Shown here piece by piece: positions 38,420-52,779 of a stretch of 64,000 nt of DNA; within the stretch, counting starts at the first letter, position 1; each line of letters starts with the position of its first letter. The position numbers and the translations under genes were made by a program. The notes under the pieces were generated by a model. The model searched no databases, was not told where the DNA came from, and saw only the letters and a list, made by a program, of their open reading frames with translations. Source of the stretch: Vicugna vicugna (Eukaryota); assembly GCA_013265495.1 (NCBI GenBank), contig MU058037.1:1241498-1305497 (forward strand), in the 5' to 3' direction.

Positions 38420-39340
38420 AATTAGTTAGGGTACAGGGAAAGTTGCTATAGCAAAGGAACCCCAAAGTACAATAGCTTGTATACGATAGGAGTTTCTTTC
38501 TTATGTAACAGTCCAGGGCCTGCAGGGCAGCTCTGTTTCATGAGGACAGACAGGAACCTAGGCTGGCGGGCAGCTCTGCCATCCTCAGCATCCCGCTTAG
38601 CGCCCAAGCGATTGTTTCTATCATACATCGCTTCTGCTCACATTCCATTGGCCCAAACTTGGTCACACGACCACACTTACCTTTGAGGGAGATGGGAAAT
38701 GTAGTATCTTACTGGGTGGTCGCGTGGTAAGCTCAGACTCAGAGGCTCTGTTACTGAAACATAGAAAGGGAAAATTGACACAGGACAACCAGCAAACTCT
38801 GACACATCTAAAACCCCTGGCCATTGAAATGTCCATGCACACTTTATTTGCAAGCATAGAATACATTCGTCCCTCCCCTCAGGAGATAACCAAAGCAGAA
38901 TCCATTTACTGAGTACAAAGTCAAGTCTAACATCTCTGGGTAGTGTGCAGTCCTCTCCATCGAGTCTAGTTCCAGCTATCTATATAATAACAGAATGGTA
39001 TTACCCCACCACTACTCAACTTTCAGTATGCAATGTGGAGCAGAAACAGGGTATCTACAGTGAAAACTCCATTTGGAAAAGGGAGAATGGAAAGCACTTA
39101 GCAATCACTGGTACATAGCAAAAATGAACTATGTTGGACAAGAATTGCAAATTCCCTGCCCTGGAGTAAAGACGTTCTCATGTCAGGCCTTGGTTCTGCC
39201 CTTTGGGAGGAATGTTCTGAACCTGGTCCTCTCTGCACTTTGGCTTTCTCCTTGTCCACTATTCTCCATGGTCATACCTGAAGTGGGATGTAGAGAGTAC
39301 CCTGGTGATATTAACCTAGGTATGTATCAGCTTTCTTTTC
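38420..39340. mobile_element. MaLR (MLT1-like) LTR plus internal fragment
   Basis: cttctgctcacattccattggcccaaacttggtcacacgaccacac...gagatgggaaatgtagt. Confidence 0.55.
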
Positions 39341-39344
39341 ATTA

Positions 39345-40470
39345 GCAATTGTGGTGTAAATGTCATTATTTTCTACCTTTCTTTATTCTTATATTTTAAA
39401 TGTATCTCTTTATAAAACAAATAGTTGGGTTTTGTTTGCTTTCCATCTCATAATCTTTGTTTTTCCACTGGAAAATTTAGTTCACTTATACTCGGTGTAA
39501 TGACTGATACATTTATATTTAAATCTACTATCTAATTATGTATGTCTCTTTTCCTGTCTATTTTGTGTTCCTTTTCTTTTTTTCCCTTGCCTTCTTTTGG
39601 ATTGCTCATTTTTATCATTCATTTTTAAAAATCTCTTTTAGTTTAGAAATCATGCGCTCTTCTTTTATTCTTTTGGTGGTTATCCTAGAATTACAATGTG
39701 TACCCTTCACTTATAAATATCTAATGTTAATTGGTATCTTTCCTCTCCTCTAAATCTGAGAAATTTAGAACATTTAACTCCATTTAACCTCCTTCCAAAC
39801 TGTTATGGTATTATTGTCATGCATTTTAAATAACTATCTAATCCTCCCAGGACATTATAATAATTGTTTCACATAGTCAATGTCTTTTAGATTTACCCAG
39901 TGGAGCCTCTTTGCATCTGTTTTGGTGCTCATTTTCCCTAGTGGTTCTTGCTCATGGTTTTCTGTTTTCTATTAAGGCTTAGTCATTGACTTTGTACAAA
40001 TTATTTGTAGAAATAATTTGATGTCCAGGTTGATGTTATCTTCCTCTAGAGAGGATGTTCATTTGTTTTTTCCAGGCTTGCCTTATTTCAAGTTCAAGAT
40101 TTGAGATTCTCTAAGCAAGTCATTTCCAGTTCACCCTTACTTCTAGAGGGTGTGTGCATATGGGACAGGGAACAGTTTACCAGGTTTCCACCTGGATGGG
40201 TCCTGATCCGACTTTTGTCCCCCTTGTCCCACAAGGTTGTTATAAAGACAGCTCACCCTCTCAATTGTCTCTTCAAAATCAGCTAATAACCCTAAGGCAA
40301 AAAAGTCCAAAATTAAGTAGGCTCTCTGAATGTCTATTCTCCTTTGGATCTCATCCTAGTAATTTATCAGTATTTTGTTAGCTTTTTGATGATTTAAAAA
40401 ATGTTTAATAAATTATGTTCAGCAAGAAGGTTGATCTGAATTAGCTAGTGTGCCATTACTGAAATTGGAA
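39345..40470 (-). mobile_element. Old L1 (L1ME-like) remnant
   Basis: T-rich antisense L1 motifs atagttgggttttgtttgctttccatctcataatctttg...tttagttcacttatac. Confidence 0.55.
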
Positions 40471-43400
40471 GTGTTACTTCTTTAGAGCTCCTAGAACAAT
40501 GGTTCTCAAGATTGGGGGTGAGGGGGGTCCATGGACCATGTGCATCAGAATTACATTATACTCCCTAAAAATTGAGATTCCAGTGCTGCCCTCTCAGACG
40601 TCATTCAGAACCTATGACACTAAAACCTAGATATCTGCTCTTTTGATAGGTTCTCAGGCTGTAATTATGAAGGCTTAAGTTTGAAAAATTTTGCCCCAAA
40701 GCTTAGTAACAGGTGTTCAAGGAATTGAGTTGATTCTTGTTTAAAGGTGAGGTAGGGAGAAGAAAGCTGAATACATGCTCCAGTCAGAATTTGGTCAATG
40801 TTTAAATCTCCTATCTCCCCATCTTTTGAAAAAATCCTCCGTAAAGCAAGAGAATCCTAAAGAAAAGCTCTCAAGAACCTAACCATTATCTGGAGCCAGA
40901 GTCTAATCCTGTCACATTCACCTGTCTCATTTTGATCACTTTGAGTAGCATTCGTTTTGATCAGTCATGAATGACAGGTACTTCAGTATGCCTGTTAGTC
41001 ACTAATGAAAGGTTTGAGAAAGAAGCTACCTAAAGATATCTTGATCCCAAATCTGCTGGTGAATCCAATGATGAACTAGCCTCAGAAAAACAGTGTGTGA
41101 AACCCTATCTTTTATGAACTGATGGCAATTATAAAAAGTAAAGATTTCCCCCCAGCATTATTATTTGGCAAAATAAGAAGTTAACACCATGTTGGTTTTC
41201 AATATTATTTTGAAATTTTACTGGTCCAAGAAATCTGTAGATTTCAGATCACTGACTTATAATTCCTCAAACCACCCCAGGTTCCAGTATTCAAGAAAGC
41301 TCTCAGCCTGCCTGCTAAAGTCTCTGCAAATAGCAGGCGTATCTGCATTCCACACTATCAGAAACATGATTGATTATCTATTTGCATTAGCCAACAGAAT
41401 CTATGTTTTCATGTGTCTGAGACACAGTTACTTAAATTTCTTAGCTTTGGTCATGTTTTGGAGTTCCAACGCTTTTCCAAATGTTTGTCTTTGCTTTGTT
41501 GCAGAAAACAAACCAAAAAAACCCCCCAAAAAACAAAAACAAAAACAAACAAAAACACACAAAAAAACCCAATAAAAAAACAGCCCAGGAGCAACACCTT
41601 CAGATTTTTCATTTCTGTACCAACATGCGGTTTCTTAGATTTCTTCAACTGTTAAAGGAAAAGCTTTATATGAGTTTTTCACAGGTGAATAACTTTAATA
41701 TGGAAACATGCTCACGTTACACACTGTAGACTTCAGCAGGTTTCAGAAAATTTGAGCTTTTTAATCAGATAATCTTGCTCTCTACTCAGAAAATGAAATT
41801 CCACGGGGAAACTGCTACTCAGAGCAGGATTTGTTCTTTTATACTATTCTTCTTCTATTTCTCGTTAGCCAAGAGCATACTTCAAGAACTATCTGAAAAA
41901 AAAAAAAAGAAAAAAGAAAAAAAAAGAAAAAGAAAAAAAAAAAGAACCATCTGAATAGGGAGGATAGTGTTACAAATGAGCTGTTATGAGTTCTTTAAAA
42001 ATCAGAACTATCTTGGAAACTATTATCAATTGGAGAGTGGTTTATACCTGAACTGTGCTCAACTCCTTAAAGTTAAGCCAACTCTGAATATGTCTTATCA
42101 ATGAAATAATGTTTGTCACTTCAGTAACCTAATAGGCTAGCATACATTTCATAGGCCATGGTAACCTGAGTAACTAAAGATGATTGAAAATTATCATATG
42201 TGTTTATGGTTTCATTTAACCAGATTAATCTGCTTTGGTAATGGAATCATTTAGGCCTAATTAAATCTATCTAGATTAAAAAATCTAAAAAAGGAAAGGG
42301 TAATTTGTGAGTCATAAAATATCTGTAAAAATTTAGGTTTGGAGCAACATCACAATTAGGTTTTTAAAGATACCTAGTCACTCGAGTCTCAGAGACCTGG
42401 ACTTGCTTTAAAACCCCATCTTTTATTTCTGTAGGCTCTTTATAAATTCATTCATGGCTCTTTGTTTCATCAGCTCTCACCAGACTGGGTTTGTGTCTGT
42501 TAAGGTAGCTGAGAGGTATGCAGTGTTTGACTATGTTAAGAAAAATTACCTAACACTTCGAAATAAGGCAAAAGGATGAGTGCTTGTCTTTTCAATGTGA
42601 GACTGAAGCTTTATTTAAAGGCCTTTATCTAACAGGCCCACCCAAGGATTCAGTTATCCATGGGGACGCCCTGTGGCTTGATTAAAGCTCAGACTTGTTA
42701 ACTTGTAGATTTTTTCCCAGTGAGATGTAAAAGATTTCTGTGCAGAAGTGATAGCCCCAAAGGTTAGTTTTATTGCCCTATTTTGCTTCTAATTTAGCAA
42801 AGTTATTTCAGCATATTCTTCCTTTTCAAACATATAAATCTCTGTCTTTTGAATTCCCTTTGTACCAGATTCACCGTCCTGCTGGCTCCCTTATTAATAG
42901 ATAAAACCTGTGACAAACATGCACTCTATATTTTCATTAGGGTCATGTTTTTGAAAATTATACTTTGTCTCCATGAAGAAAAGAGATGAATCTCACAAGA
43001 CACCAAGAAAATGAATCTCATTACTTTAGTTCATCCAATTTCACCTCTCTGGGGAACACATTTTTAAGAATTAAACCAATGCATTTTGATTCTCTCCTTT
43101 AAATTCTATTTCCTGGTAGCCTTCTGACAGAGTCATCAAGCTTATAGTCCCAGGAAAGAAAGGACAGACAGGTGCTGCCCAGAACAGAGAGGCCATTCAT
43201 CAGTTGTGAATTTCAAAGCTGATTTTCTTGACCTCTTTTTAGTAAGACAATGTACATAAAACCCAGGCTTTTTGGAGAAAGGGATTTCTAAATAACAAAG
43301 CTTCCTTTTTAATGCATAGACTCTGTGTGCAGAATAGAAGGAAGGCCCCCCAGGCAGCAACGAAGAGGGGGGAAAATCACCCCCCTTCCCCATCATTCTG

Positions 43401-45574
43401 GACTCAGTTGTGGGGAAAAGAGGGGGAGTAGAATCCAGGAGGGCGATCACAGGATGCAATTGTCCTGCTCTCCCCTTTCCAGGTTGAAGTACGAGGGCAG
43501 GAAGTATGGTCATTTGAGTTGCTGGGTAAGCAGAGGATGGGAAGGAGGTGCCGGGTCTGGATCCTGCTTTTCTTTGGCAGGATTAACATCTGCCCTTTGC
43601 CACTTTGAGATCAAAGAAGCCACATCCCTCCTTCACACTCCCAGATGCCTTCTTGGAGAAGAGAAGAGGGAGGGGCAGAATGCTTACCGTTTGAGCACTT
43701 AACTGAGCCATCCAAGTAGACTGTTAACCTACAAAAACATTTTAAATTATGGGATTGAATTGAGGTGAAGAACTTGGATTCAATCTTGTTCCCCCTCCCT
43801 GCTTCTGCCTAGAAGAGGGAAGCTTGTAAGGTCAATCAGAGCAGACTTAGGGAAATAAGAAAGCTACATTTTTAACCCTGCTGAATGATGGTGCATAAAT
43901 CTGAAAGGTTGTCACCTATGTATCTGTGGCCTGCTCTTCTGTCCTCTTTCTGCCATACCCAATTAACAAATGCATTGCTACCTTTTGATTTCACAAAAAG
44001 CATGTGCTATTTTTTTTTGTGACTTCTGGTCTCTACCTGACACAACTCTGCACTTTCTACAATGCTTATATCTAACAAGAGCAAGTCAGCCACAGACTCC
44101 AGTAGCAGGTGCCAGAAGTACAACCACTGTGATTATAGATTTACTATAGGAATGTGAAAAATACATATAAGCATAATTTTTTAAAAAACCCACCCTATAA
44201 TCCCACTCGAAGTGAGTAGCTATCTTTGAGGAGAATATTCTTTCAGACTTACATTTACGCATATAAACATTCTTATCTCTTCCTATTCTTTTAAGGGATT
44301 TTTTAATATTTGGACTCTTCTTAACCTGCATTTTTTTCACTTAATATATTGTGAACATGTTGTCAAGTCAATAAACATTTTTCTACATTATTTTATTGAC
44401 TGCTCATTTTTATATTGTATATTTGTACCATAATTGATTTCACTAATCTCTTGTGCGTGAGTTATTGGACATTTTAGTTGTTTCCACCTTTTTATCAAAA
44501 AAACCATTGAAGTTGTTTCTATTCTTTTTTGCATTGTGATTAATTTCCTTATAACCAATCATTTCCCTAGGATCATCTCTTAGAAGTGGAATTTCTGGGT
44601 AAACAGCTTTGATTATACCAGTTTATAGGATTTTGCTTGACTTCTTTTCTTTTCTTTTCTTTTTTTGACTTCTTTTCTTCCACTATTATAATCATTCAGG
44701 GAAAAAAGTTTTATATCCTGTTTCCTTTTTTAATGAAAATATTTCCCCATGTTATCACGTATGTTCTGTAAAAACAACTTTTAATAGCTTTATGTGAACA
44801 TAAAGATAAATCAGGTTAATCATTTTAATCTAACCATTCCACAATTTTGGTTGCCAGTTAGGTAGTTTCCAGGTATTCACTGGGGTAAATTACACTTTTA
44901 GGAACATCTCTTTGTAGAAAGCCTAGTGTATACTTAGGATAAATTCCCAGAAAAGGAATTACTGCCTCAAAGGCCATAGACATTTTTGAGGTTAGTTGAT
45001 AAATATTGTAAACTGCTTTCCAAACTAGTTATAACAATCTACACTGTAATATGTCATGTCTTATCATGACAAATTGTAGGCTAGATATTGAAACAGCCTG
45101 ATAGACTGCAGAACAATCTTCCTCAGAGATCTTTAAAAAGAATTTTTCTTCCCTGTGTTCCAGGTCAGACTATCAAAGACATAAAGGGTTGCCAGCTCTT
45201 AATTAAAAAAAGACATTTAAACTATAAACACCAGGAAGGTTAACATGAACTTGGTGTTCTTTGTTTTCTCTCTTATCATCTCTTCTGATGATCTTAGATT
45301 TGGATGGTAACTTTCTTTCCAAGTGAAATGTTTTCACATTATCGCTATAAGCAAAGTAGGTGCCTATTCTATGGATAGGGAAATACTGAGGCACAAAGAG
45401 TTTTTAAGTGACTTTCCTATAGCCATATAATTTACTTTGAACTCGCATCTATGGTGCACACCTTGGGGAACACGCTTTGCGATGTTAGTCAAGTTCAGGT
45501 TCACCTCCAGAAAGACTAGATAAACAATATTTTTTAAAGAGGGAGGTCCAGGAAGGAAGGCTTCATCTAAGTTC

Positions 45575-45970
45575 TGTTAAAAAAACCAAAATTTAACCAA
45601 GTAGATTTGAAGATCTAATTGTGTTTACTCAATGATTCATGAATCAGGAAGCATCCCATCTAATAAAGAGAAGAGCACTCTGAGGGGTTGTACAAAATGG
45701 AAGGTTTTTATAGGCAGAGGGAGGGTGGGGCAAGAAGGTACTCGCAAAAGAAAAGAAAGGATTGTTTCAGGCCAGAGGATCTTCTTTCTGGGGAAGGGAA
45801 TGGCTGGGATCTTTGTCATGCAGATTACCTCACTAGGGTTGATCAAGAAATTTCAGATTGTCTGTTTAAAGGTCATATTCTTGGGAGAGGTTGAAATTGC
45901 CAGTAGGTCTTGGTTTGCTGTTGTGGAGGGGCAAATGGCTCTATTCTGGGACTGTTATTTCTTTTTGACA
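45575..45970. mobile_element. ERV1-type solo LTR (396 bp), TSD GTTC
   Basis: TGTTAA...TTGACA termini flanked by perfect GTTC at 45571-45574 and 45971-45974. Confidence 0.8.
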
Positions 45971-46170
45971 GTTCTATCTTTGCATGAAATGAAATATTAT
46001 AACATCAAAAGAAATTTCTCATACAGAAAAGTCAATACATAAAAGTTAGATTTCAACCTAATGTTTTACAGTTTATAAGAATCCAGCCTTCCCCTGAGAA
46101 ACTGTTGAGATGACTTTAAAATGATAATAACCTACTTTTTCCTCTGTAGGAATTCTAATAAACAAAGAAC

Positions 46171-46836
46171 TGTTGTCGAACCCATGTTCGTGTGTCCAAC
46201 GCACAGTGAGGCCAAACTTGAAATATCAGAGTTTGGAGCAGGGAAAGGATTACTGGAGGGCCAATCTAGGAGATCTGGCAGATTGTGCTCAAAAGATCTG
46301 AACTTCCTGATGGTTTTCAGGGAAGAGTTTTTAAAGGCAAAATCTGAGGTGAGGGCTGTAAGGTCTGACTTTCTTCTGATTGGTGGTGAATTAACAGGGT
46401 GGTGCTAAGCCTGAAGTAACCATTCTCCACCTGGGTGAGGGCCTTAGTTCCTGCAGAACAACTCAAAGATATGTATCAGATTGCTATGTATATCTCTTGA
46501 GTAGGAACTACACTCTGCACTTTTGCTTCTTGCTTTCCTTTGTTTCTGCATTCTCTCACTTCCCTAATTAGTAACTGTTTGAATCTGCCCTTTGGATCTC
46601 AGGGAAGGCTGAAACCTTTCTCCTACAAACAAGAAACAGGGGACACAACACGGAAAGGCTTTGTACCTAGGAGGGCCCCTGCCGAGTCCTGCTTGGTTTC
46701 ACTCACCCTCCTTTCTTTGATACTCCTCAATCTTGAGGAGAATAGGTCTGGGACAAAAAAGGGAATAATGTTTTTGGATAGATAGGTTATTCATAAACTC
46801 AGCAGAGGAACTCAGTTTTAGGGGAACTTGGTTTCA
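46171..46836 (-). mobile_element. ERV1-type solo LTR (666 bp), TSD GAAC
   Basis: TGTTG...GTTTCA termini flanked by perfect GAAC at 46167-46170 and 46837-46840. Confidence 0.8.
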
Positions 46837-46862
46837 GAACCAGTTTGTGTTATGTTTTAAAT

Positions 46863-47081
46863 CAGAATTTCTCAACCCTGGAACCACGGACATTTTGGAA
46901 CGGATCATTCTTTATTTTGAGGGACTGTCCTGTGCATTGTGGGATGTTTAGCAGGATACCTGGCTTCTACCCACTAGATGCCAGTGGCACCTTGCCAGTT
47001 CCCCAGTTGTGATATTCAAAAGTGTCCAGACATTGCCAAATGTCCCCTGGGGGACACAATCATCCCAGTTGAGAACCACTG
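46863..47081. mobile_element. MER20 (hAT-Charlie), near full length
   Basis: tttctcaaccctgg...gactgtcctgtgcattgtgggatgtttagcag...ctacccactagatgccagtggcacc...gttgagaaccactg. Confidence 0.85.
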
Positions 47082-49989
47082 GTGTGGTACATATGGTATA
47101 TTAATTGTATTTAAATGAATTGTATTTAATAAGCTCTTGTTATGTCCAGATGAATGACAGGTGCAAAAAGATGGGGAGCTTGGACACTAACATCCTTTAA
47201 CAGATGTTTCCATATTAATTTCATTTTTCAACTTGACACATTTTGAGAAAAATATATGTCTTAGCAAATAAATGGAAAAGTAAAATGGACATCAATTGTT
47301 AAGTATAGTGTTCCAAATCTGCAAATCAAATGTGTGTGTCCCATATAAATTACAGTAAAATCTTAAATGTTAATGCAGATAGCTTTCTAGCAAAATGCTG
47401 GGTAAAAATAACAGATTTGTTCATTTTGTAATTACCTGTGAATAACAATGCTTTATTAGTAAATACTTTTTTTTTTAAAGAAAAATTCAAGTTCAGATAT
47501 CTAGGTTTTTTTTTTTTTTAAGTGTTACAGAAACAACTTCAAAGCTGCTTCATTTATGAATTCTACTTTAAATCTGAAGAATTCATATGGTATTTCAAAT
47601 TGGACAATTTAAAACCCTCATTACAATTAGAATAAATGACACATTTGAATTGGGATCCTTAAAAAAAGCCTTGACTAATTCAGATTGGCAGCCTTATCTT
47701 TGCCCTTAAAATTGAAACCAATTAATTTTGGAGTGTGTTCTAATAACTGTGCCAATAAATTTGGCCCCAATTTTTTCCCAATATACATTTCCACTCTAGT
47801 AGTATGTCTTTCCTCATACATTATGATCAACTCTTTCTCATGGTACAATGCCTGAAACATCACAAGGGTAACCCTTGGGCTGTATCCTGGGATCCTCCAT
47901 GTATTCCCAGTCTTACAAAGATTTTCTCGTGTATTTATGTTCAGTAATATGCCCTCCTAATATCTGAGGGAAAATTAGTAATATTGGGTATAAAATAGTT
48001 TCTTCCTGGACTGTACTTAAAATATCCTTGGATCAGTTAAGAAGCTTTCAGCTGTGAATAACTATATCCAACTTAAAGTGGCATAAGGAACAGAAAGTTT
48101 TATTGTCTTACCTACAAGAAATTGAGAGGTAGGTGGTTGTCCCAACATAAACAGTGTCATCAGTGACCCAGACTCTTTCCATCCTTGTATGTTGACATCC
48201 TCAGTGGTTCACTTTTATCTACTGCTTAATGGCTACAGTATAGCCTCCTCAGCTCTCATGGCCTAAGAAACGACAGAAAGGAAGAGGTGGGAAAGAAAGT
48301 TCTTGAATATCTTGCTTTCATCAGGATGGAAAATCTTTTTAATCTTTTTAGAAGGCTCTAAACGGATTGTTGCTGAAATGCTTATTGACCAGACGTGGGC
48401 CATATGGTCAGCCCTCCCTGCAATGAGGGTAAAAGAGACAGTATCTGGCATTTCTGGCCTCTCTTATGGGAAGCACGCCCTGCCAGAAGGGAAAAGAGGG
48501 CAATGGCTTTTGGGTAGGCAACCAAATGTGTACACCAACTCATATTTTGGGAGAATGCTCCTCAATTAAAAAATCTGTGATATTACAAACATTCTATGAG
48601 CATTCTAAATAGGTACCTCTTCCCTATATTTCTTGTTTCGATTTGAAAATGAAAAATGTAACCCAATTCAGTATGAGAAATATTTTATACTATATAAAAC
48701 TGCAAGTAGGTGAAGGTTATAGTAAGTTCCCAACATAGAAGCCTGCTGATTTCCCTTTGGTAAGGGAGATCCTTTGAAATCCTGGGTGTTGCCTTATTTC
48801 CACAGAGCTTGCATGTTCAAAAAATGTGCTAATAGTGTTTTCAAAGACATACAAAGGGAAATCATTTCGTATGTTCAACCCCTTTACTTTTCAGGTTGCA
48901 TCCAATTACTTCATACTAACCACTCTCCAAAGTGTGCTGGAGGTCCTGGTTCAAAACACGTGAGTCAATCTCTCAGGTTGCATCTCTTCTGAGTTCCCTT
49001 GCCTGAAGTAGATTTAGGCTGGTTGAAGCATAGGCTTTCTTCCTGGAAGCAGGTGCCTTCTGATTTTCGGACATACTCCTTGAACATCTTCCTTCAGGAA
49101 TGGGATTGGCGGATTGTGCTCCAGCAGAAGCTCCTGCCAGACAAAGAGATGAAGACCTGTGAGTTTCCTGGGGCTGCCCCTGACCTGCCAACATTCCCCA
49201 CTGGGCTCTGAAGCCAGGTTTGTCCTTGAAGCTCTGCTGCTTCTTAGAGGTGGAGGCTTGGGCATGTTAGTGAGAAGGGACTTGAAGGCTTTCAACTTCT
49301 GACAGTCACCAGTGGGTGGCTAAGCTAAAACCTGGACCCCAAATAATTCTTGTTCCATTTCTTCTTTTTATTCTTTGTAGGAATTATTTAATAATCATAT
49401 AGTATGACAAGGCAAATGCATCTCCAGTACATTCAGACAACACCAAAGATTGATGACGAATTATCTGAAAAGTTCATTCTTATCATAATGTGACAAGCCA
49501 CTTTCATTTTTCTCAGAGGTGGAAAAAAATTACCTAACTCTCACTCACCTTATATTAGTAAAAGACAAGATCTTTTCTTTTCTTTAAACAATACTGCATA
49601 TACATTTTTTACAGTGAGCAGGGAGCTAACTCTACATGCCTAAAATTCACATGCTTGCCGTACTCCAACCTGGGGAAATGCCTTAAGTTATGTGTGGCTC
49701 CCATTGCAACAGTAGAAAGTACAATTATGCTCATCCATCTCCTTGTCTCCAATAGCTGAGAGGAGGAGTGCAAGTGGAATGTACAACTATAAGAGAGGAT
49801 CATTTTCTACTTTATAGTGGCCTGTATCCACCCACTCAAGATAGCTCGGTGAGTATTACTATGAGAGTCGCCATACCAAGAGTAAGTACAGGATCACGGC
49901 TCTCAAGGAATTCATAAACCAGGAAGGGAAATAGGACACATGAAGTCATAGGGGAATGTCATGAGCACAAATGTTTTTAAAACTTGAGG

Positions 49990-50290
49990 ACACATGCTAC
50001 AACATGGATGAGCCTTGAAGACATGCTAAGTTAAATAATCCAGTCACAGAAGGACAAATACTGTATGAGTCTACTTATATGAAGTACTTAGAGTAGTTAA
50101 ACTCATAGAGACAGGAAGTAAAATGGTGGTTGTCAGAGGCTGCAGGGTACAGTTACAGTCTTGTAAGATGAGAGTTCTGGAGATGCTTGCACAATGTGAA
50201 TGTACTCAGTGACACTGAACTGTACACTTAAAATGGTTAAAATGGTAAATTTTATGTTATGTATATTTTACCGCAACTAAAAAAAAAAAT
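49990..50290 (+). mobile_element. L1MB-like 3' end
   Basis: acatgctacaacatggatgagccttgaagac...ctgaactgtacacttaaaatggttaaaatggtaaattttatgttatg plus A-tail. Confidence 0.8.
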
Positions 50291-50410
50291 CACTTGAGAA
50301 TAAGTATAAAATTATGATGTAACGTACAGAACACAAGACTTGGGGCTAAAAGAACCCTGAGTTCTCATCTTTGCATTTCTACTGACTGTGTGGTCTTAGC
50401 CAAGTCATTT

Positions 50411-51373
50411 TTTCTCTTTATTATTCACTCTTTTTTAAAATTGAGGTAGAGTTGATCTATAATATTATAAGTTTCAGGTGTACAACATAGTGATTCACAA
50501 GTTTTAAAGGTTATACTCCACTCACAGGTATTATAAAACATTGGCTATATCGTTATGTTGTACAATATACCCCTGTAGCTTATTTGTTTTATACATAGTA
50601 GTTTGTACCTCTTAATCCCCAACCTCTATCTTGTCCCTCCTTCCTTCCTCCTCCCCACTGGTTTTGTTCTCTATATCTGTCAGTCTGTTTCTTTTTTGTT
50701 ATATTCACTAGTTTATTTTTTGGATTCCATGTAAGTCATATCATACAGTATTTGTCTTTCACTTATTTCACTTAGCATAATACCCTCCAAGTCCATCCAT
50801 GTTATTGCAAATGGGAAAATTTCATTTTTTTTTTTACAACATATACCACATCTTTATCCTTTTGTCTGTTGATGGACACTTAGGCTGCTTCCATATTTTG
50901 GCAATTGTAAATAATGCTACTAAGAACATTGGGACACATGTGGCTTTTCTAATCAGTGTTTTCATTTTCTTCATATATATACCCAGAAATGGAATTGCTG
51001 GATCGTATGGTAGTTCTATTTTCAGTTTTTTGAGGAACCTCCATACTGTTTTCCACAGAGGTTGTGCACCAATTTTACATTCCCACCAACGGTATATGAG
51101 GGTTCCCTTTTGCTCGCATCCTTACCAACATTTGTTATTTGTGGTCTTTTTGATGATAGCCATTCTGACAATTGCAGTGATATCTCATTGTGGCTTTGAT
51201 TTGCATTTCTCTGATGATTAGAGATGCTGAGCATCTTTTCACGTGCCTGTTGGCCATTTGTATATCTTCTTTGGAAAAATGTCTATTCAGTACTTCTGCC
51301 CATTTTTAAATTGGATTTCTTTTTAATGTTGTATGAGTTGTTTGTATTTTGGATATTAACCCTTTATTTAGTG
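50411..51373 (-). mobile_element. L1 3' end (~960 bp) inserted into a MIR, TSD AAGTCATTT
   Basis: Antisense L1 motifs (tttcaggtgtacaacatagtgattcac, ggaattgctggatcgtatggtagttctattttc); AAGTCATTT at 50402-50410 and 51374-51382. Confidence 0.88.
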
Positions 51374-52020
51374 AAGTCATTTAACTTCATTAAACATCCC
51401 AACCTATAAAGCAGAGAAAATGACTGTAAGGGGGAATTCAAGGAGGTAATGTATGAAAAAGCCACTTAGCTAAATGTATGGTGTGATACAAAATAAGTTG
51501 TTATCATAGGGATGATGAGGGAAAGTTTCATAAGGGCAATGAGACTTGAACTGGCCCTGGAAGGGTAGGGAATAACATTTACAGAGTGCCTACTGTGTGT
51601 CTATCTCAGTTCACATTACAGAATTTTTGAAGGTATTACCCTCAAAAACAAGAAATTAAGACAGAGAGATATCATTTGCCCAAACCCAAAAAGTAGCTTT
51701 ATCTTTCAAATTCCTCATTCTTTCCACTCATAGGAAGTTGTGAAATAAAAAGGTGTTCATACTGGAAATAGATGAAAATAGAAAATGAAAAAGCAGAAAT
51801 AAATGCTAGAAGCTGGTTCTTTTTTTAAAAAAATCATTTTATTTTGAAATAATTTCAAACAAAAGTTTCAAGAAGAGTACAAAGAACTCCCTCATACCCT
51901 TCATCCAGATTCAACAATTGTTAATATTCTGCCATCAACATTCTATGAAAATAGAACTACTACTAATCTCTCTCTCTGAACCATCTGAGAGTATGTTTTG
52001 AATACCATGTCCCTTCACTC

Positions 52021-52504
52021 TGCCATATAGCAAAAATTTTCCTCTACCCTCTTAGGTTAATGACTTGGGGCCTGCAAAGTAAACTGATAAAAGACAGATA
52101 AGGAAGAGAAAAAAACAGATTTAATTACATATATAGCACAGGAGTTCACAAAGAAATGTGACTCAAGGAGACAGAATTTAGGGCTTACCTATCATCCTAA
52201 TAGGGGATGGGAAGGGACAGAGGAGCACTTCTGGAAGAACAAATGACTTCTTAGAAGCTGGGGAGAAAGGGCACTTAAGAAAAATAATCAACTCTTTGGA
52301 AAGATTAAATGGATCCTTAGGAGTATAGGTGGGAGATAGGATAGTTTTGTGACAATGTTTGTTTGAGAAGATTAGAGGTGTTCCTGGGGAGACCATTTAT
52401 GATAACAGTTCTTCCGGGAGGCTCTGCTTTTAGGTAGATAGAGGATCTTAGGAACTCAAACTCCTTCAGCAAAAAATCACAATGCCTTACTCTGGACCCC
52501 TTCA
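52021..52504. mobile_element. ERV-type solo LTR inside an old L1 fragment
   Basis: TG...CA termini with flanks actc/actt; LTR-like internal sequence. Confidence 0.55.
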
Positions 52505-52779
52505 ACTTCAGCCCTGTATTTTCTAAGAATGTAGGTAAACACAGAACATTCTTGAAATCATGAAATTCAATGCTATTATTCCAGAGCTAAGCACTCTGTG
52601 CCTGTTCCACAAGTGCCTCTGCTGGCAGGTTTTATGTAGAAGTGCGACTGGCTAAGCTGCTTCTTGCAGCTATGTGAGGACTCCATCTCACTCAAAAGAC
52701 TGTCCTAAAAACTTCAGACTCAAGTGATCTTTGATGGAGAACTTCACCTGAGGTTCTCCATCAGACCTACAGATAACTA

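Noticed and set aside
41505..41582. A/C-rich tract as a third poly(A)-only insertion
   Set aside because: No convincing flanking direct repeat; simple low-complexity sequence.
50799..51221. 140-aa ORF and similar ORFs (19676-20029, 3233-3463)
   Set aside because: These are antisense readings of L1 3' regions, a common artefact.
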